The notes below the pieces were generated by a model that did not search any database, was not told the DNA's origin, and saw only the letters and a list, made by a program, of their open reading frames with translations. Below, piece by piece: positions 13,701 to 25,990 of a stretch of 64,000 bases of DNA. How positions within the stretch are numbered: the first letter of the stretch is position 1; each line of letters begins with the position of its first letter. Made by a program: the position numbers and the translations under genes. This DNA comes from Macrostomum lignano (Eukaryota), in assembly GCA_002269645.1 (NCBI GenBank), contig NIVC01000173.1, forward strand, positions 62,001 to 126,000, given 5' to 3'.

Positions 13701-14573
13701 TAAGGGTTTCATGGAAGGGCCGAGGGTTTCAGTCAGAGAGAGTTGTGGGATCCTGAAGTTCTCAGGGAAGGCGTGCTAATAGAAATGAAGCTTGGGTCTA
13801 AGCCTAAGAAATTCGCTAATCCACAGTCACCCACTCACCTGGTAACTACGTAACCAGTTAATTGTTCTTCCAACTTTCTAGCCAATCCGAAGTCTAATAT
13901 TTTAAAATCGTTGTCCTCAGTGATGGCCAGATTAGGTGGCTTGATATCTCTGTGCAGAATCCCAACCGAGTGCAGGTATCGGATGGCCAGCAGCATCTGG
14001 TAGGCAAAAAATCTGACGTGTTCTTCGCTAAGTTTGTTATACTGTTTGAGTACACTTTTGAGATCGGCGTCCATCCACGGCGTGACTAGATAGACCTCTC
14101 TGAGATCGCCGTGGCCCAGCTGAGGCGAATAGACATCGATTAGGCAGATTATATTAGGATGATCCATATAGGCTAGCATGTACATTTCGCGATAAGTTCG
14201 CTTAGCATATTCGGGATCGTAGAACGGTTTGCTAAGCTTTTTAATTGCAACTCGACGCTGCAGGACAGTGTCCATGGCTTTAGCAACGGAGCTGAACGCG
14301 CCAGATCCGTGGTAGGTTAAGTCAGTATAACGCTTCGGCACTTCGAATACTGTTTGCATCAACTTGACCTATTGAATTAAGTTATGAAGGCTAAAGTAAG
14401 GTAAAGGTAAACGGCGGGAGTAACTATGCTCGTATTTGGATATAGCCATGCCTTGTTAGCTTTTAAGTGTAGAAATATGGAACTAAACTTACCCGATAAT
14501 ATTCGCTAGGCGGATACTTTACAGGTCCTGGGGAGACTCCGCCAACCGCCGCTGCTGCTGCTGGCTCTGCCAT
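10714..14573 (-). CDS. p38: p38-family stress-activated MAP kinase (TGY activation loop), 4 exons, 386 aa
   Basis: Exons 14493-14573, 13839-14368, 12875-13130, 10714-11007; all GT-AG and phase-consistent, 1161 nt total. Motifs: [58 protein letters not shown]; Thr gatekeeper in VYLVT. Confidence 0.95.
11155..12830. repeat. 32/36-bp minisatellite in p38 intron 3 (GATCCCAACCTACAATCCCATCTGAGAATCAA)
   Basis: Tandem units visible; ACCTACAA at 11701 and 11733. Confidence 0.97.
13190..13760. repeat. 29-bp minisatellite in p38 intron 2 (GGGATCCTGAAGGTTTCAGGGAGGGGAAT)
   Basis: Tandem units visible. Confidence 0.93.
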
Positions 14574-15813
14574 GCTGCTGGGCGAAACTTGAAATCAGAA
14601 ACAAAGTTCCCTTTATTTAGTCGCTAACGCCAGTAGTGTACACTTGCAATCTTCTGTGCTGACTGCTAACAATGCTATAATAGTGTAGACGACTGGCTTT
14701 AAAAAACCATCAATCCGATCTCTTTCTTCTTTCTTTTATAATAGGAGCAGCAGTGCGCGCCGTAAAAAAGCCTCTGTCGCCAAAGCCAAAGCGGATGGCA
14801 GTTTATTGCCCCCCTCCTTTTAGGGTAGACTTTCAGCCCCAGCGCGCTCGCCAGTCAGTCCGCCAGACAGTCCGCCTGCCCCTCAAATCTCTCAAGACCC
14901 TTTAATTTTCCTTTCCCCGGCCTCTCGTACCCCTCGGGGACGGGGGAATGTACATTTCAAACCCTATGTACACTAGCGCGACTTTGTACAGCGGGCATCG
15001 ACCAGCAGTGAACGAAAACTGAAGTGGTCCAATACGAGAGAGGTAGAGAGAAGAGAGAGAGAGAGAGGAGAGAGAGTATGAGCTGAGAGAAACTCCCCGC
15101 CCCCTCATTGTACATTCCAGACCAAATCAATGTAATTTAATATAACATAAGATGCCGATTGCCCTCCTCATGACACTTAAGTCTTACACTTGCACCTTTG
15201 CACGAGTCTAATCTTAATCTAATAAGCGTACATAATAAACGCATCAATTTTTAACGGAATTACCTAAACTTGTTTCTGTTTTAAATCTATGCATTGCACT
15301 GGACACTCATTTTCGCTTGGGTAGGAGGTTAAGGTATTAGATTAAAACACCCAAATTAGTTTATTGCTAGAGTGCAGTAATTAAGGAATATTATAATATA
15401 TAGCTTAAAACCAGCGCAAAATCTTCACGTGTATTTATAATGACCAGGTCAAAGTCACTCTGTTATGAATATTTGTTCTAATACAACAAAAAGCATAGGA
15501 AAAACAATACCTCTAATAAATAATGCAGTTCTAATATACGAACTTTAAAAAAATTTACACGGAGCTGGAGCGCATATGAGTGTTTCAAACTTAGTTTTAT
15601 TACAAGATCGAAAATAAATAGATAATTTACATTACATTACATATAGTTAGACGGAAACATATTCAATAAAACTGCGATTGCAGCAACAGCACTGACCACA
15701 TGTATTTGATGTGTTAAAAATTGAGGAAGAACAAAGAACAATCGATCAATTACGACTCCAGTTGCTGCATTTTGTTTAAACTGTTAGTCTGAGTTATTAG
15801 GAAGGATACGAGT

Positions 15814-18800
15814 TCAAGTGTCCATGCTTGCAGTATAGATTGTTGGTATGTCCTTGATATAACTGAAAATGAATTTGAAATGAGAAAAGGTTGTTGGTTT
15901 CCGTAGACGTGGTTGGAAAAACTCAAGCAGGTTTTTTATGCTTTCGGATAACTTTGGACAGACAGGTTGGAGTTTCTCGGACAGACATGTTGGAGGTCCT
16001 TGGACAGCGGAGGTTGGATGTTTTCGGACAGAGGTTTGAGGGTTCTCGGACAGACAGGTTGAGAGTTCTCAGACAGAGACAGGTTGGAGGTTCTCGGACA
16101 GACGAGTTTGAGTTTCTCTGAGAGACATGTTGGTGGTTCTCGGATAGACAGGTTGGAGGTTCTTGGACAGAGAGGTTGGATGTTTTCGGAAAAAGAGGTT
16201 TGGGAGTTCTTGGACAGAGAGGTTGAAGTTTCTCGGACAGAAACAGATTGGAAGTTCTCGGAAGGCAGGTTGAAGATTTCCAGGGACAGACAGGTGCTCT
16301 CGGACACAGCAATTCATTAGCTCACCGTTTTTGTCTGGCATCCTCTACCTCGTCAAAGTCCAGATCGGCCAGATCGGCGTCCACCTGGTCGAGCAGCTCG
16401 TCAGTGATGACGCCGAGTGCAGCGTCGGTGAATAGTCGCTGGTGCAGGGCCCTGACGGGCTGGCTCTCCAGAGTCAGTCGTCTAGCTCGAGCCACTTGGT
16501 TGAGCTGTTTCAACAGAATGTCCAGTTCTGTAGCTTCGACAAAATGATGCAGAGTTCCGCTGGTGATGAGCAAGGAGTCACCCTGAGCCAGCTTCTCGAT
16601 CAGCTGTTGAAAGATCAGGGTCTCCAGCGGCTTCTCTTTGGCCGTACGCTTGATCTGCGGGAGGGATGGCGGGGTCAGGAGTAGATGAGGGGAAACGCTC
16701 TCAATCTAACAACATGGAAGGCTCTCAATCTAACAACATGGAAGGCTCTCAATCTAACAATATGGAAGGCTCTCAATCTAACAACATGGAAGGCTCTCAA
16801 TCTAACAATATGGAAGGCTCTCAATCTAACAACATGGAAGGCTCTCAATCTAACAATATGGAAGGCTCTCAATCTAACAACATGGAAGGCTCTCAATCTA
16901 ACAATATGGAAGGCATCTAACAACATGGAAGGCTCTCAAGCTAACAACATGGAAGGCATCTAACAACATGGAAGGCATCTAACAACATGGAAGGCTCTCA
17001 AGCTAACAACATGGAAGGCATCTAACAACATGGAAGGCATCTAACAACATGGAAGGCTCTCAAGCTAACAACATGGAAGGCTCTCAAGCTAACAACATGG
17101 AAGGCTCTCAAGCTAACAACATGGAAGGCTCTCAAGCTAACAACATGGAAGGCTCTCAAGCTAACAACATGGAAGGCTCTCAATCTAACAATATGGAAGG
17201 CTCTCAATCTAATAATATGGAAGGCTCTCAATCTAACACCATAGCTAACACCATAGAACACTCTCCATCTAACACCATATAGAACAGTCTCTAGCATCTC
17301 CAAATAGCCAAGTATCAATAAGTATAACAGCAGAACACCCACTCTAATACCAATCTCAGACCTCAGGCCTCACCTCTTTCAAGTCCCTTCGCCTCAATCT
17401 AGTGTCATATTCGGCCAGCAGATCCGCCGCCACCTCCGCCGCCATCGCGTCGGCTACGGGTTCAACCAGTTCGTCCAGTAGACTATCCAAGAAGTCCTCT
17501 CCGACCGCTTTCCTAGCAATACCCGGCCCGTATTCCATGACGAGCTCGTCAACCAGTTCGATGAATATGTCGTAGTGATAGCTGACCGCCACTTCCTGGA
17601 AAATGATTATTCATTCTGGTTAAATTCACTTTTTCCACTGTCCTGCATCAGTTTTTTTTAGCGTCACTCTCTCTCCTCTCTCACCCTTCTATCTCCTGAT
17701 TTCTCTCTCCTCTCTCTCCTCTCTCACCCTTCTATCTCCTGCTTTCTCTCTCCTCTCTCTCCTCTCTCACCCTTCTATCTCCTGAAATCCAAAATCCGAG
17801 TTTAAGCAGTGATTAAATAAAAAACCGTTGATTTATGCAGAACCGCAACTCACCTGCATAGCCATGTGTTTAATAGACTCGCTGCACAGTTCAACAATGA
17901 GCTCGTTCAGCGTCTCGTCAAGAATATGCGGCGCCATTATATCAACAATGTCAATTTTATTAACGATGCCTTGAGAAATTTCCACAACAGCTTCGGATGC
18001 GACGTCTCGCATGATGTCGGGCAAGATCTCCCGGAACAGCTGCTGCATTGCGTCCACTGAAGTGGCGTCTCGGGGCGACGCGCGGCGACCGCCAAGCAGC
18101 GACAGAGACGATTGAGACGAAAGAGTCGGGGAGGAGACCCGGCGACGGGCCTGATAGATGTTCAGGAGGGGTGTTCAGGTGGGGTGTTCAGGAGGGGTGT
18201 TCAGGTGGGGTGTTCAGGAGGGGTGTTCAGGAGGGGTATTCAGGAGGGTGTTCAGGAGGGGTGTTCAGGAGGGTGTTCAGGAGGGGTGTTCAGGAGGGGT
18301 GTTCAGGAGGGGGTGTTCAGGAGGGTGTTCAGGAGGGGTATTCAGGAGGAGGGTGTTCAGAAGGGGTGTTCAGGAGGGGTATTCAGGAGGAGTGTTCAGG
18401 AGGGGTGTTCAGGAGGGGTGTTCAGGTGGGGTGTTCAGGAGGGGTGTTCAGGTGGGGTGTCCAGGAGGGGTGTTCAGGAGGGGTATTCAGGAGGGTGTTC
18501 AGGAGGGGTGTTCAGGAGGGTGTTCAGGAGGGGTGTTCAGGAGGGGTATTCAGGAGGGTGTTCAGGAGGGGTGTTCAGGAGGGTGTTCAGGAGGGGTGTT
18601 CAGGAGGGGTGTTCAGGAGGGGTGTTCAGGAGGGGGTGTTCAGGAGGGTGTTCAGGAGGGGTATTCAGGAGGAGGGTGTTCAGAAGGGGTGTTCAGGAGG
18701 GGTATTCAGGAGGAGTGTTCAGGTGGGGTGTTCAGGAGGGGTGTTCAGGAGGGGTGTTCAGGAGGGGTGTTCAGGAGGGGTATTCAGGAGGAGTGTTCAG

Positions 18801-19325
18801 GTGGGGTGTTCAGGAGGGTGTTCAGGAGGGGTATTCAAGCGAGTGTTCAGGGGGGGGGCTGTTCAGGAAGGGCGTTCAGGTGGGGCGTTCAGGATGGATG
18901 TTCAGGAGGGTGTTCAGGGGGGGGGTATTCAGGAGGGGTGTTCAGGTAGGATGTTTAAATTTAAACTAGAAAGTAGATGTTTATTCAAACTAGCAGCGCA
19001 CCTGATCCCGATGCCTTGCAGCAGCCGCGGCGCGCAAAATTTCGGCCACTTCCGGACTATCCTCATCGTTGAGGTCGTCGTTGAAGCCGTCGTCAACTGG
19101 GCCAGCCGCTGACGCCGCGCCTCGCTGCACCGGTGGCAGCGGTTGAAGGCCTCGGAAACCCACGCGACGACCGCGGAAGCCGCCAACGCCGGAATCGTTC
19201 GAGCGGGCCGAGTCCAAACCGTTTGTGGTGGCGGCGTCCCTGGCTCTCGGCTGGCGGAACTGCGGCGGCTCCTGCGTAGCAACAGAATGTCTGCCTGTCT
19301 GTCTGCCTGTCTGCCTGTCTGTCTA

Positions 19326-19420
<95 letters not shown>

Positions 19421-20407
19421 TCCCAACCCCCTTTGTCCGAAACTCACCCTCAAACTGCTCACGCTGTCGATCAGCACATCCGGTATCTCGTCCTCATCTA
19501 GGTGCTGATTGATAAATCCGTCAACAAAATCATAGGCGAATTGGCGATTCTCGCAGAAGTAGATGTAACTCTCCAGCGTCTGAAGTGATGCACAATGTCA
19601 GTTTTCTGCATTTTACAGGTAAAAATAGTAACATAACAAATATACTCTAGCGCCTCTAAGCTCACGTCGTCTTCCAAATTATCTGATTTTTCGCGCGATC
19701 GTCCCGGCTTCAGCCTCATCGATGGTCGGGACGCCGACGTCGCCGCCGCTGCCGCTGCCGCCGCGCCCCCGGCCAACCTGCCAGACGGTCGCACAACTGA
19801 CGCGTACTCGCTCAGTGGCACATCATCGTCGTCATTTTCCGGCAGAGACGAAGCCGGAGATTTTGTTGATCGACGCCGATTTCCATTGCCGGTGATGTGT
19901 GGAAAACGACGCCTCAAATAGTTGCGATAGTTGCTGTGATCGATGGTGCGCGGCTCGTGTATGGTGGATAGGCGCTTGGCCTGTTGCTGCTGCTGCAACT
20001 GCTGCTGGCGCTGGCGGGCGTAGCTACCACCCGGGCTGCTGTTGGTTGCGATTGCGTGTTGGCCGGGCCGGGTGTGTGAGTTTGGTATTGTAAAATTAAT
20101 TCCTAAAATTTTTTTATGACTCACCGTCCAAAAGCTGGAGTTGTTCTCTTTATCAACAAATTTCGCTTGCCATTTCTTACTGTCTGCTTCAATGAACGAA
20201 GGCTGCAATAAGATATTATTTTATTCGCATTGCATGCTAGAAACCTCGATTCAAAAAATCAAATTAAACATTTGAATTTCATAATTATGACGTTTGAAGC
20301 AGGCGAAAACAAATTTACCTTTCTTTCTTTTTATTCCAGAAGTCTTCAGTGTCACCCGTATCACCTGTCAAGACAGAAGAGCCGCTTTCTTCACTAAGAA
20401 CAGACAT
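15814..20407 (-). CDS. Uncharacterised 612-aa protein, 9 exons: disordered R/S/Q/A-rich N-half, acidic helical C-half
   Basis: Exons 20319-20407, 20125-20202, 19666-20038, 19448-19579, 19002-19271, 17854-18150, 17374-17595, 16326-16654, 15814-15862. All GT-AG and phase-consistent; 1839 nt = 613 codons including the stop. Starts MSVLSEESGSS, ends RYIKDIPTIYTASMDT*. Family not recognised. The first two and last exons are less certain than the internal ones. Confidence 0.8.
15940..16305. repeat. Degenerate ~22-bp repeat (GGACAGACAGGTTGGAGTTTCTC) in the last intron of the 612-aa gene
   Basis: Imperfect tandem copies. Confidence 0.75.
16697..17240. repeat. 24-bp intronic minisatellite (TCTAACAACATGGAAGGCTCTCAA)
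   Basis: Tandem units; source of the NNMEGSQS artefact ORFs. Confidence 0.95.
18158..18950. repeat. 12-13-bp G-rich intronic minisatellite (GTTCAGGAGGGGT)
   Basis: Tandem units visible. Confidence 0.95.
19288..19420. repeat. (TGTC)n microsatellite, intronic
   Basis: Directly visible. Confidence 0.97.
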
Positions 20408-20630
20408 AACGCAATGCTCACGTTACATGCTTCAATGGGTAATGTAAAACAGTGTTTGAGAAGCAATTCAAAATTGCGCTAAATAACTTTATAAAAAGTC
20501 AATCGTTAAAATGGACGAATGAAGTAATCGTAGATAAAAGCCGCCGATACAGTTAGTTCAGTAAATAAATTAAGTAATTCCAAAGTTAAAAAACGGTTGA
20601 TGTCATTTAGTTTAACAAACATCAAACTGT

Positions 20631-20643
20631 GTTGCTTAGCAAC
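20631..20643. promoter_or_regulatory. RFX X-box (GTTGCTTAGCAAC) in a putative bidirectional promoter
   Basis: 13-bp GTTGC-N3-GCAAC palindrome, one base from the canonical GTTGCCTAGCAAC. Lies between the ATG of the 612-aa gene (20407, -) and the DYNLRB locus (+). Confidence 0.65.
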
Positions 20644-23025
20644 GTGGGTAAAAAGACGCATTTTAGTGTGCTTTCCTGCGATGATTGACTTCTGGAAGCA
20701 TTTATTTATGATTTTTTTCTGTTTTCCATAATTCAAACCAAATAATGGTCAATTATTTGGGTTGCCACTCCTGAATAAATTACAAGATTTGACTTAAGCA
20801 TCACACATTCATTTTTTGCAAATTACTTGGCGCGGGCCAAGGTCTTACACTTACAGTGATGGAGTAGTCGAGCAGACTACTAGACTCGTGTCTCTGTCAC
20901 AGTATAATAAATTGTTTTTTATTTAAAGAAGTTTTTATAAATAATAAGTTGCAGGAGCAGTTCTGCGCAACAATTGCTCGAGTTACTTGTTAAGTCCTAA
21001 GTGTCATTAGGCTTAGCTTAGTTTCTAAGACTGTAGACAAGTAGGCCTATTTTACCTATTTTTTGTTTTGTAAGGTACCAAATTGCTCTGTAAATAATTA
21101 GGTTGTGCAATAAAGGCCTATATCTATTACAGCCATAGGCTAGGTAGGCCCTATATATTTTTCCTATAGCCTATCCATATCCATAGGGGCCTATCTAGGC
21201 TAGGGCCTAAAATCTCTCTAGGCCTATAGCTAATTAATTTCCTATAACTTTGTTTTAACAATATGAAATCCAATAACTAGGCCTATATCTAACATAGTTC
21301 CCCTATCAGTATAAAATAAAAGCCAGATCTTTCTATAAATTAAAAAATATTTTTACTTAGGCCTAAAATATTTTTTTAGATAAAGTTAGAGTATATTAGA
21401 CATTTAGTATAGGTGGATTGTATAAACACCATAGTTTGGATTATTTGTTAGGGCCTAGGGCCTAGTGTATGGGTCTAGTGGGAGAAAAATACAGGACCTT
21501 GTTTATAGGCTAGGACTAAAAATATGTCATTGACATAATGTTTCCAATGTGTCATATATAGTGGGATATACCATAGTGAGATGTATATTGATATATGCTG
21601 AAAAATGGCAAGTACCCTTATTGTATGCTAGGACAGCAGTTCTTACCCTAACCCTAATTTATTCACTTGCATCATTTTTATGTTTGTGACCCTCTTTTAT
21701 AATCAATATAATGCATCATTAAGTATCAAGTATATTTTTGTTTTATCTCCTTGCTTTAGCAAAGATGTATTTAATAATATCTCAGATAATTAAATTAGTC
21801 AATTTAGAATATTTATTTAGTTGTTTTGACTTTGCTTTCATTTGTTTAATCTATAAAGATTACATTTTATGTTTTTTTTTGACAAAAATAAACACAATTT
21901 TCATGATGCAGCAAAATGTATTCCTATAGTCGACATGCAATTGGATACCTTTTGAACTTCCTTCTATTGGCAATCATACTAATCAGTTGGATATTTTTGT
22001 TCTACGTATCTCGGACAATTTCTGAAAGATATCTGGAGGAGTCATCGTCTACTGCCTAGACTAGCAATATCTGTCATGCAGTCTTTTCCAACTCTTGAAT
22101 CTATTAATGAACAAGGACCAGTATATTATGCCCTGCTAATACCATCAATTTGCTTAGTTTTCTTGCTGTGCTATACCCTTTCCTGGGTTGGTCGAATGTT
22201 GTACATTCATAATTGAACCAACTTGACTATTTTTAATGGCAAATTGTCTCTCTTGTTTGTGTAATAGGCTCACTTTAAATTTCTGTTTTCAAGTGTCACC
22301 TCTGCTTAAACTTCATATATAGGTGTTTTTTGTAAGATTGTCAATTTAAGGTTGAAAAAAAGAATTAGCACTATTTAACTCTGGGAATGGCATCTTCAAA
22401 GTTTGGGAATTTTAGAAATAACACCTAAACAATTTATAATTATTTTAACAAATGCAACCTAAACTGGTTGATTAATAGCCATTTATTGGCCCTCACTCTT
22501 ACTGTTGTGCCAAATAAGGCAATGTGTCCATTTTTCATGTTGTTTATTTTACCAAATGAAATTATTATTTTATAAATTGTGTTTTAAAAATAGTTGATTT
22601 TATTTAATTTTTAATAAAATTTTAATTTTAATTTGATATTTTGTTTAATTCCAGTGAGCCTTGTTGATGGTTGGCCCTTAATAGTAAGCATTATCACATT
22701 GATTACTTGGTACTGTACTTTGCACTAACATTTAACTTTTTGTTGTTTGCTAAAATGTTCAACTTTTGATCTCCTGCCAATTATATAATTTTTGCATCAA
22801 TTTCCAGGCTTTTTATTGTAATGTTCAATTCAGTGTAATTCGCCTGCTTAATAAACAGTATGTTATACTAGAATAATACTTTATTAAAACCAAATAAATA
22901 TTTATAAATATAGTTTTATAAGTTTGTATTTCACAATGCTCGTTCACTTTCAAACACACCAAAAAAGGATAGAAATTCCAAAAATGTCATTTTGAAGAGT
23001 GACATAGGCGAAATTGACCCGATTA

Positions 23026-23265
23026 TGGTGTAGCCTTGTGGTTAAAGTGCCCAACTCCCAACTGTAAGGTCGGTGGTTCCATTCCCGACGCACTTGGGAC
23101 AATTTGTGTCCCTGAGCAAGACACTTAACTCTGCATTGCTTCAGTTCACCCAGCTGGTAAAATGGGTGCCAGCATTAGCTGGGGTAATTGAAGGTGTGTG
23201 TGGCGACGCCTCAGTCCTTGGACTTAACAGCAATCTCTGCGGCTGAGCCCATTAGAACAGGTGTA
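23026..23265 (+). mobile_element. tRNA-derived SINE with a CORE/Meta-type central domain
   Basis: A-box-like TAGCCTTGTGG (23031) and B-box-like GGTTCCATTCC (23075-23085). Followed by GTCCCTGAGCAAGACACTTAACTCTGCATTGCTTCAGTTCACCCAGCTGGTAAAATGGG, which resembles the MIR/CORE-type SINE domain. The 3' boundary is approximate. Confidence 0.75.
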
Positions 23266-23413
23266 ACAATTGATTAGTCGTTAAAAAATAGAGTTATCCT
23301 TTAATAAGTCTACTGCCTACTACTGTTAAGTAGTGTAGTCAGAGTTCTAACCTTGAAATGTAAAAATTTTGAGGAAAAAATAGTTAATGATTTTTTTTTT
23401 CTTTGCATTCCAG

Positions 23414-23710
23414 GCGGAGGTCGAAGAGACATTCAAGCGAATCCAGTCGCATAAAGGCGTCACTGGGGTGATCATTGTCAACTACGATGGGATCCCGATT
23501 CGTAGTACTTTCTCTGATACCAGCCTCACTGTGCAGTACTGCTCCCTGATCCAACAGCTGGCATTGAAGGCCCGGTCTGTTGTCCGGGATCTGGATCCCA
23601 GCAATGATTTGGTGTTCCTGAGGCTTCGATCGCGTAAAAATGAAATTATGGTGGCTCCTGATCAGGACTATCTACTGGTGGTTGTTCAAGAGCCCAGCGA
23701 CCAGCCTTGA
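23414..23710 (+). CDS. DYNLRB: Dynein light chain roadblock; main coding exon (98 aa), initiator Met supplied from upstream
   Basis: [32 protein letters not shown]...[40 protein letters not shown] is the roadblock/LC7 signature. It follows the acceptor TTCCAG (23413) in phase 0. Candidate ATG|GT micro-exon at 20745-20747. Confidence 0.93.
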   Translation, partial: AEVEETFKRIQSHKGVTGVIIVNYDGIPIRSTFSDTSLTVQYCSLIQQLALKARSVVRDLDPSNDLVFLRLRSRKNEIMVAPDQDYLLVVVQEPSDQP

Positions 23711-24734
23711 ACTGTGTGCTTGACTGCTTGCACTTACTAATGGACTTTTGTTCCTTTCCATTCTGGGATTTTGGAATCTATATTTATGCACATGTAATAT
23801 TAATGTCAATTCGGTTAGGGAATTTAGTAAGTGGGCGGTTTAGCGCCTTACATTCTGATTTGCCATTGCCCAACAACTCGTTGAGACATTGTCAATGGGG
23901 GGAGAGAAGAGAGATGCTGAGCCCTGATCAACACACACTACTTATTGGATTAGTTTAAGTAGTATCTTCCGGGTTTTTACTATATTTTTTATTTCCATAG
24001 AAATGTCGGAATAATTTTGTACTAATTAAACTATTTTATTTTTATTGCCTACGCACACTACTGTATTAGTAGTTTGCCAGTAGTATGTACAGTATATGGT
24101 TTCAGGTTTTTTGTGTTTCTAATAATAAAAATCTCTTGATTTTGGTTTCCTTAACTTGGCTTAGTTGAGTCAACTTTCCTGCAGTTCCAACATAAAAAAT
24201 ATTCCTGCAGCTTGTAGTGTTTTTTACTATTTATTTTGTTAATTCGGTTGTGCTAATTTCGCACCAATTCAAAAGTGTCAGTTCAACTGTAAAAGTTAGA
24301 GTTTTTAATAAAATCGAAAATTCCTCTTATTATAATTACTATTATTATCGGTAACTGGGCTATCCATCAAGTCCAAAACTTCTTTCAGGGCAGCTCCTTC
24401 CTGACTGCATTTCTTTCTTAGTTTAACAAAGGACTTCCTGCTCTTTAAATTTGAATCGGTTATAGTCATTAAATTGCCAATAAAACTCTGGGTCCATTGC
24501 TACTTGAATCCAACGCAAGTGAAGTTAAAATTACATGCCGTATTTCAATGGTATATATTTACAATATTAAATATCACATTTCAATCTTAGCTAAGCAATT
24601 ATGACATTAAAAGTGCAAGCACATGTAATAATAACCATTTTGGCCAAAAAACGCGATCAAAATTACTCACACGGTTCTATCTGTAGCTCGCGGAAGGACA
24701 TATGGGATGGCTTGTCTGCTTGCATATCTACCCG

Positions 24735-25990
24735 ACCAGCATGACCCATTTTCTACCCATGACCCGACTAGCATGACCCATATTCTACCCAAGACCCGAC
24801 TAGCATGACCCATATTCTACCCAAGACCCGACTAGCATGACCCATATTCTACCCATGACCCGACTAGCATGACCCATATTCTACCCATGACCCGACTAGC
24901 ATGACTGATATTCTACCCATGACCCGACTAGCATGACCCATATTCTACCCATGACCCGACTAGCATGACTGATATTCTACCCATGACCCGACTAGCATGA
25001 CCCATATTCTACCCATGACCCGACTAGCATGACCCATATTCTACCCATGACCCGACTAGCATGACCCATATTCTACCCATGACCCGACTAGCATGACCCA
25101 TATTCTACCCATGACCCGACTAGCATGACCCATATTCTACCCATGACCCGACTAGCATGACCCATATTCTACCCATGACCCTACTACTACTAGCATGACC
25201 CATATCTCCCATGACCCGACTAGCATGACCCATATCTCCCATGACCCGACTAGCATGACCCATATTCTACCCATGAATCGACTAGCATGACCCATATTCT
25301 ACCCATGAATCGACTAGCATGACCCATATTCTACCCATGAATCGACTAGCATGACCCATATTCTACCCATGACCCTTTTTTATTAGAGGCAGGGGGTTGT
25401 GTGCACCCTGGCGCACTTTAAGCGACATAGGCACACAACCGGCGAGAGGCATTACTGCCCATTCCGCCGACTCCCCTGAGCAGGCATACAAGCGCGCGGA
25501 TACGTACGCAGGCACACACTCACACAGGAGTGTACAGCGGCCCTAACTTTATTTTATCGTTAGGCATGCACACTTCACTGCGCCTTGGGGGGTTGGCTCT
25601 CAAGGCCGTTAATTGCACGAGCAGAGCCAAGCCGAGATTCCAATTCAGCCCCAAATTAATGTGACTGCACTTGGAATCGAGCCTGGGCCGCTGGCATATC
25701 AGAGCAGCTGCGCTACCGCTGCATGGGCTACGGCCCCCCTACCCATGACCCTACTACTAGCATGACCCATATCTCCCATGACCCGACTATAGCATGACCA
25801 ATATTCTACCCATGACTCGACTATAATATGACCCATATTCTACCCATGACCCAACTAGCATGACCCGACTATATAGCAAGACCCATATTCTACCCATGAC
25901 CCTACTACTAGCATGACCTATATCTCCCATGACCCGATTATAATATGACCCATACTCTACCCATGACCCGACTAGAATGACCTATATGAA
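24735..25990. repeat. 32-bp minisatellite (GACCCGACTAGCATGACCCATATTCTACCCAT) split by a SINE insertion
   Basis: Tandem units at 24735-25375 and, more degenerate, at 25739-25990. Confidence 0.93.
25376..25738 (-). mobile_element. tRNA-derived SINE (second family), ~363 bp, with TSD
   Basis: Minus-strand 5' end GGGGGCCGTAGCCCATGCAGCGGTAGCGC with B-box-like GGCTCGATTCC; 3' end CTCTAATAAAAA. Flanked by the direct repeat CTACCCATGACCC (25363-25375 and 25739-25751). Confidence 0.8.

Noticed and set aside
16322-16324. TGA at 16322-16324 as the stop of the unknown gene
   Set aside because: It overlaps a GTGAG donor, and a phase-matched exon at 15814-15862 follows a repeat-filled intron. It could still be an alternative end.
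18048-19112. 354-, 285- and 263-aa plus-strand GVQEG/VFRR ORFs
   Set aside because: Minisatellite translations, antisense within an intron of the 612-aa gene.
23026-23095. Functional tRNA genes at the two SINE heads (also 25670-25738)
   Set aside because: No complete cloverleaf or acceptor stem; both continue into SINE bodies.
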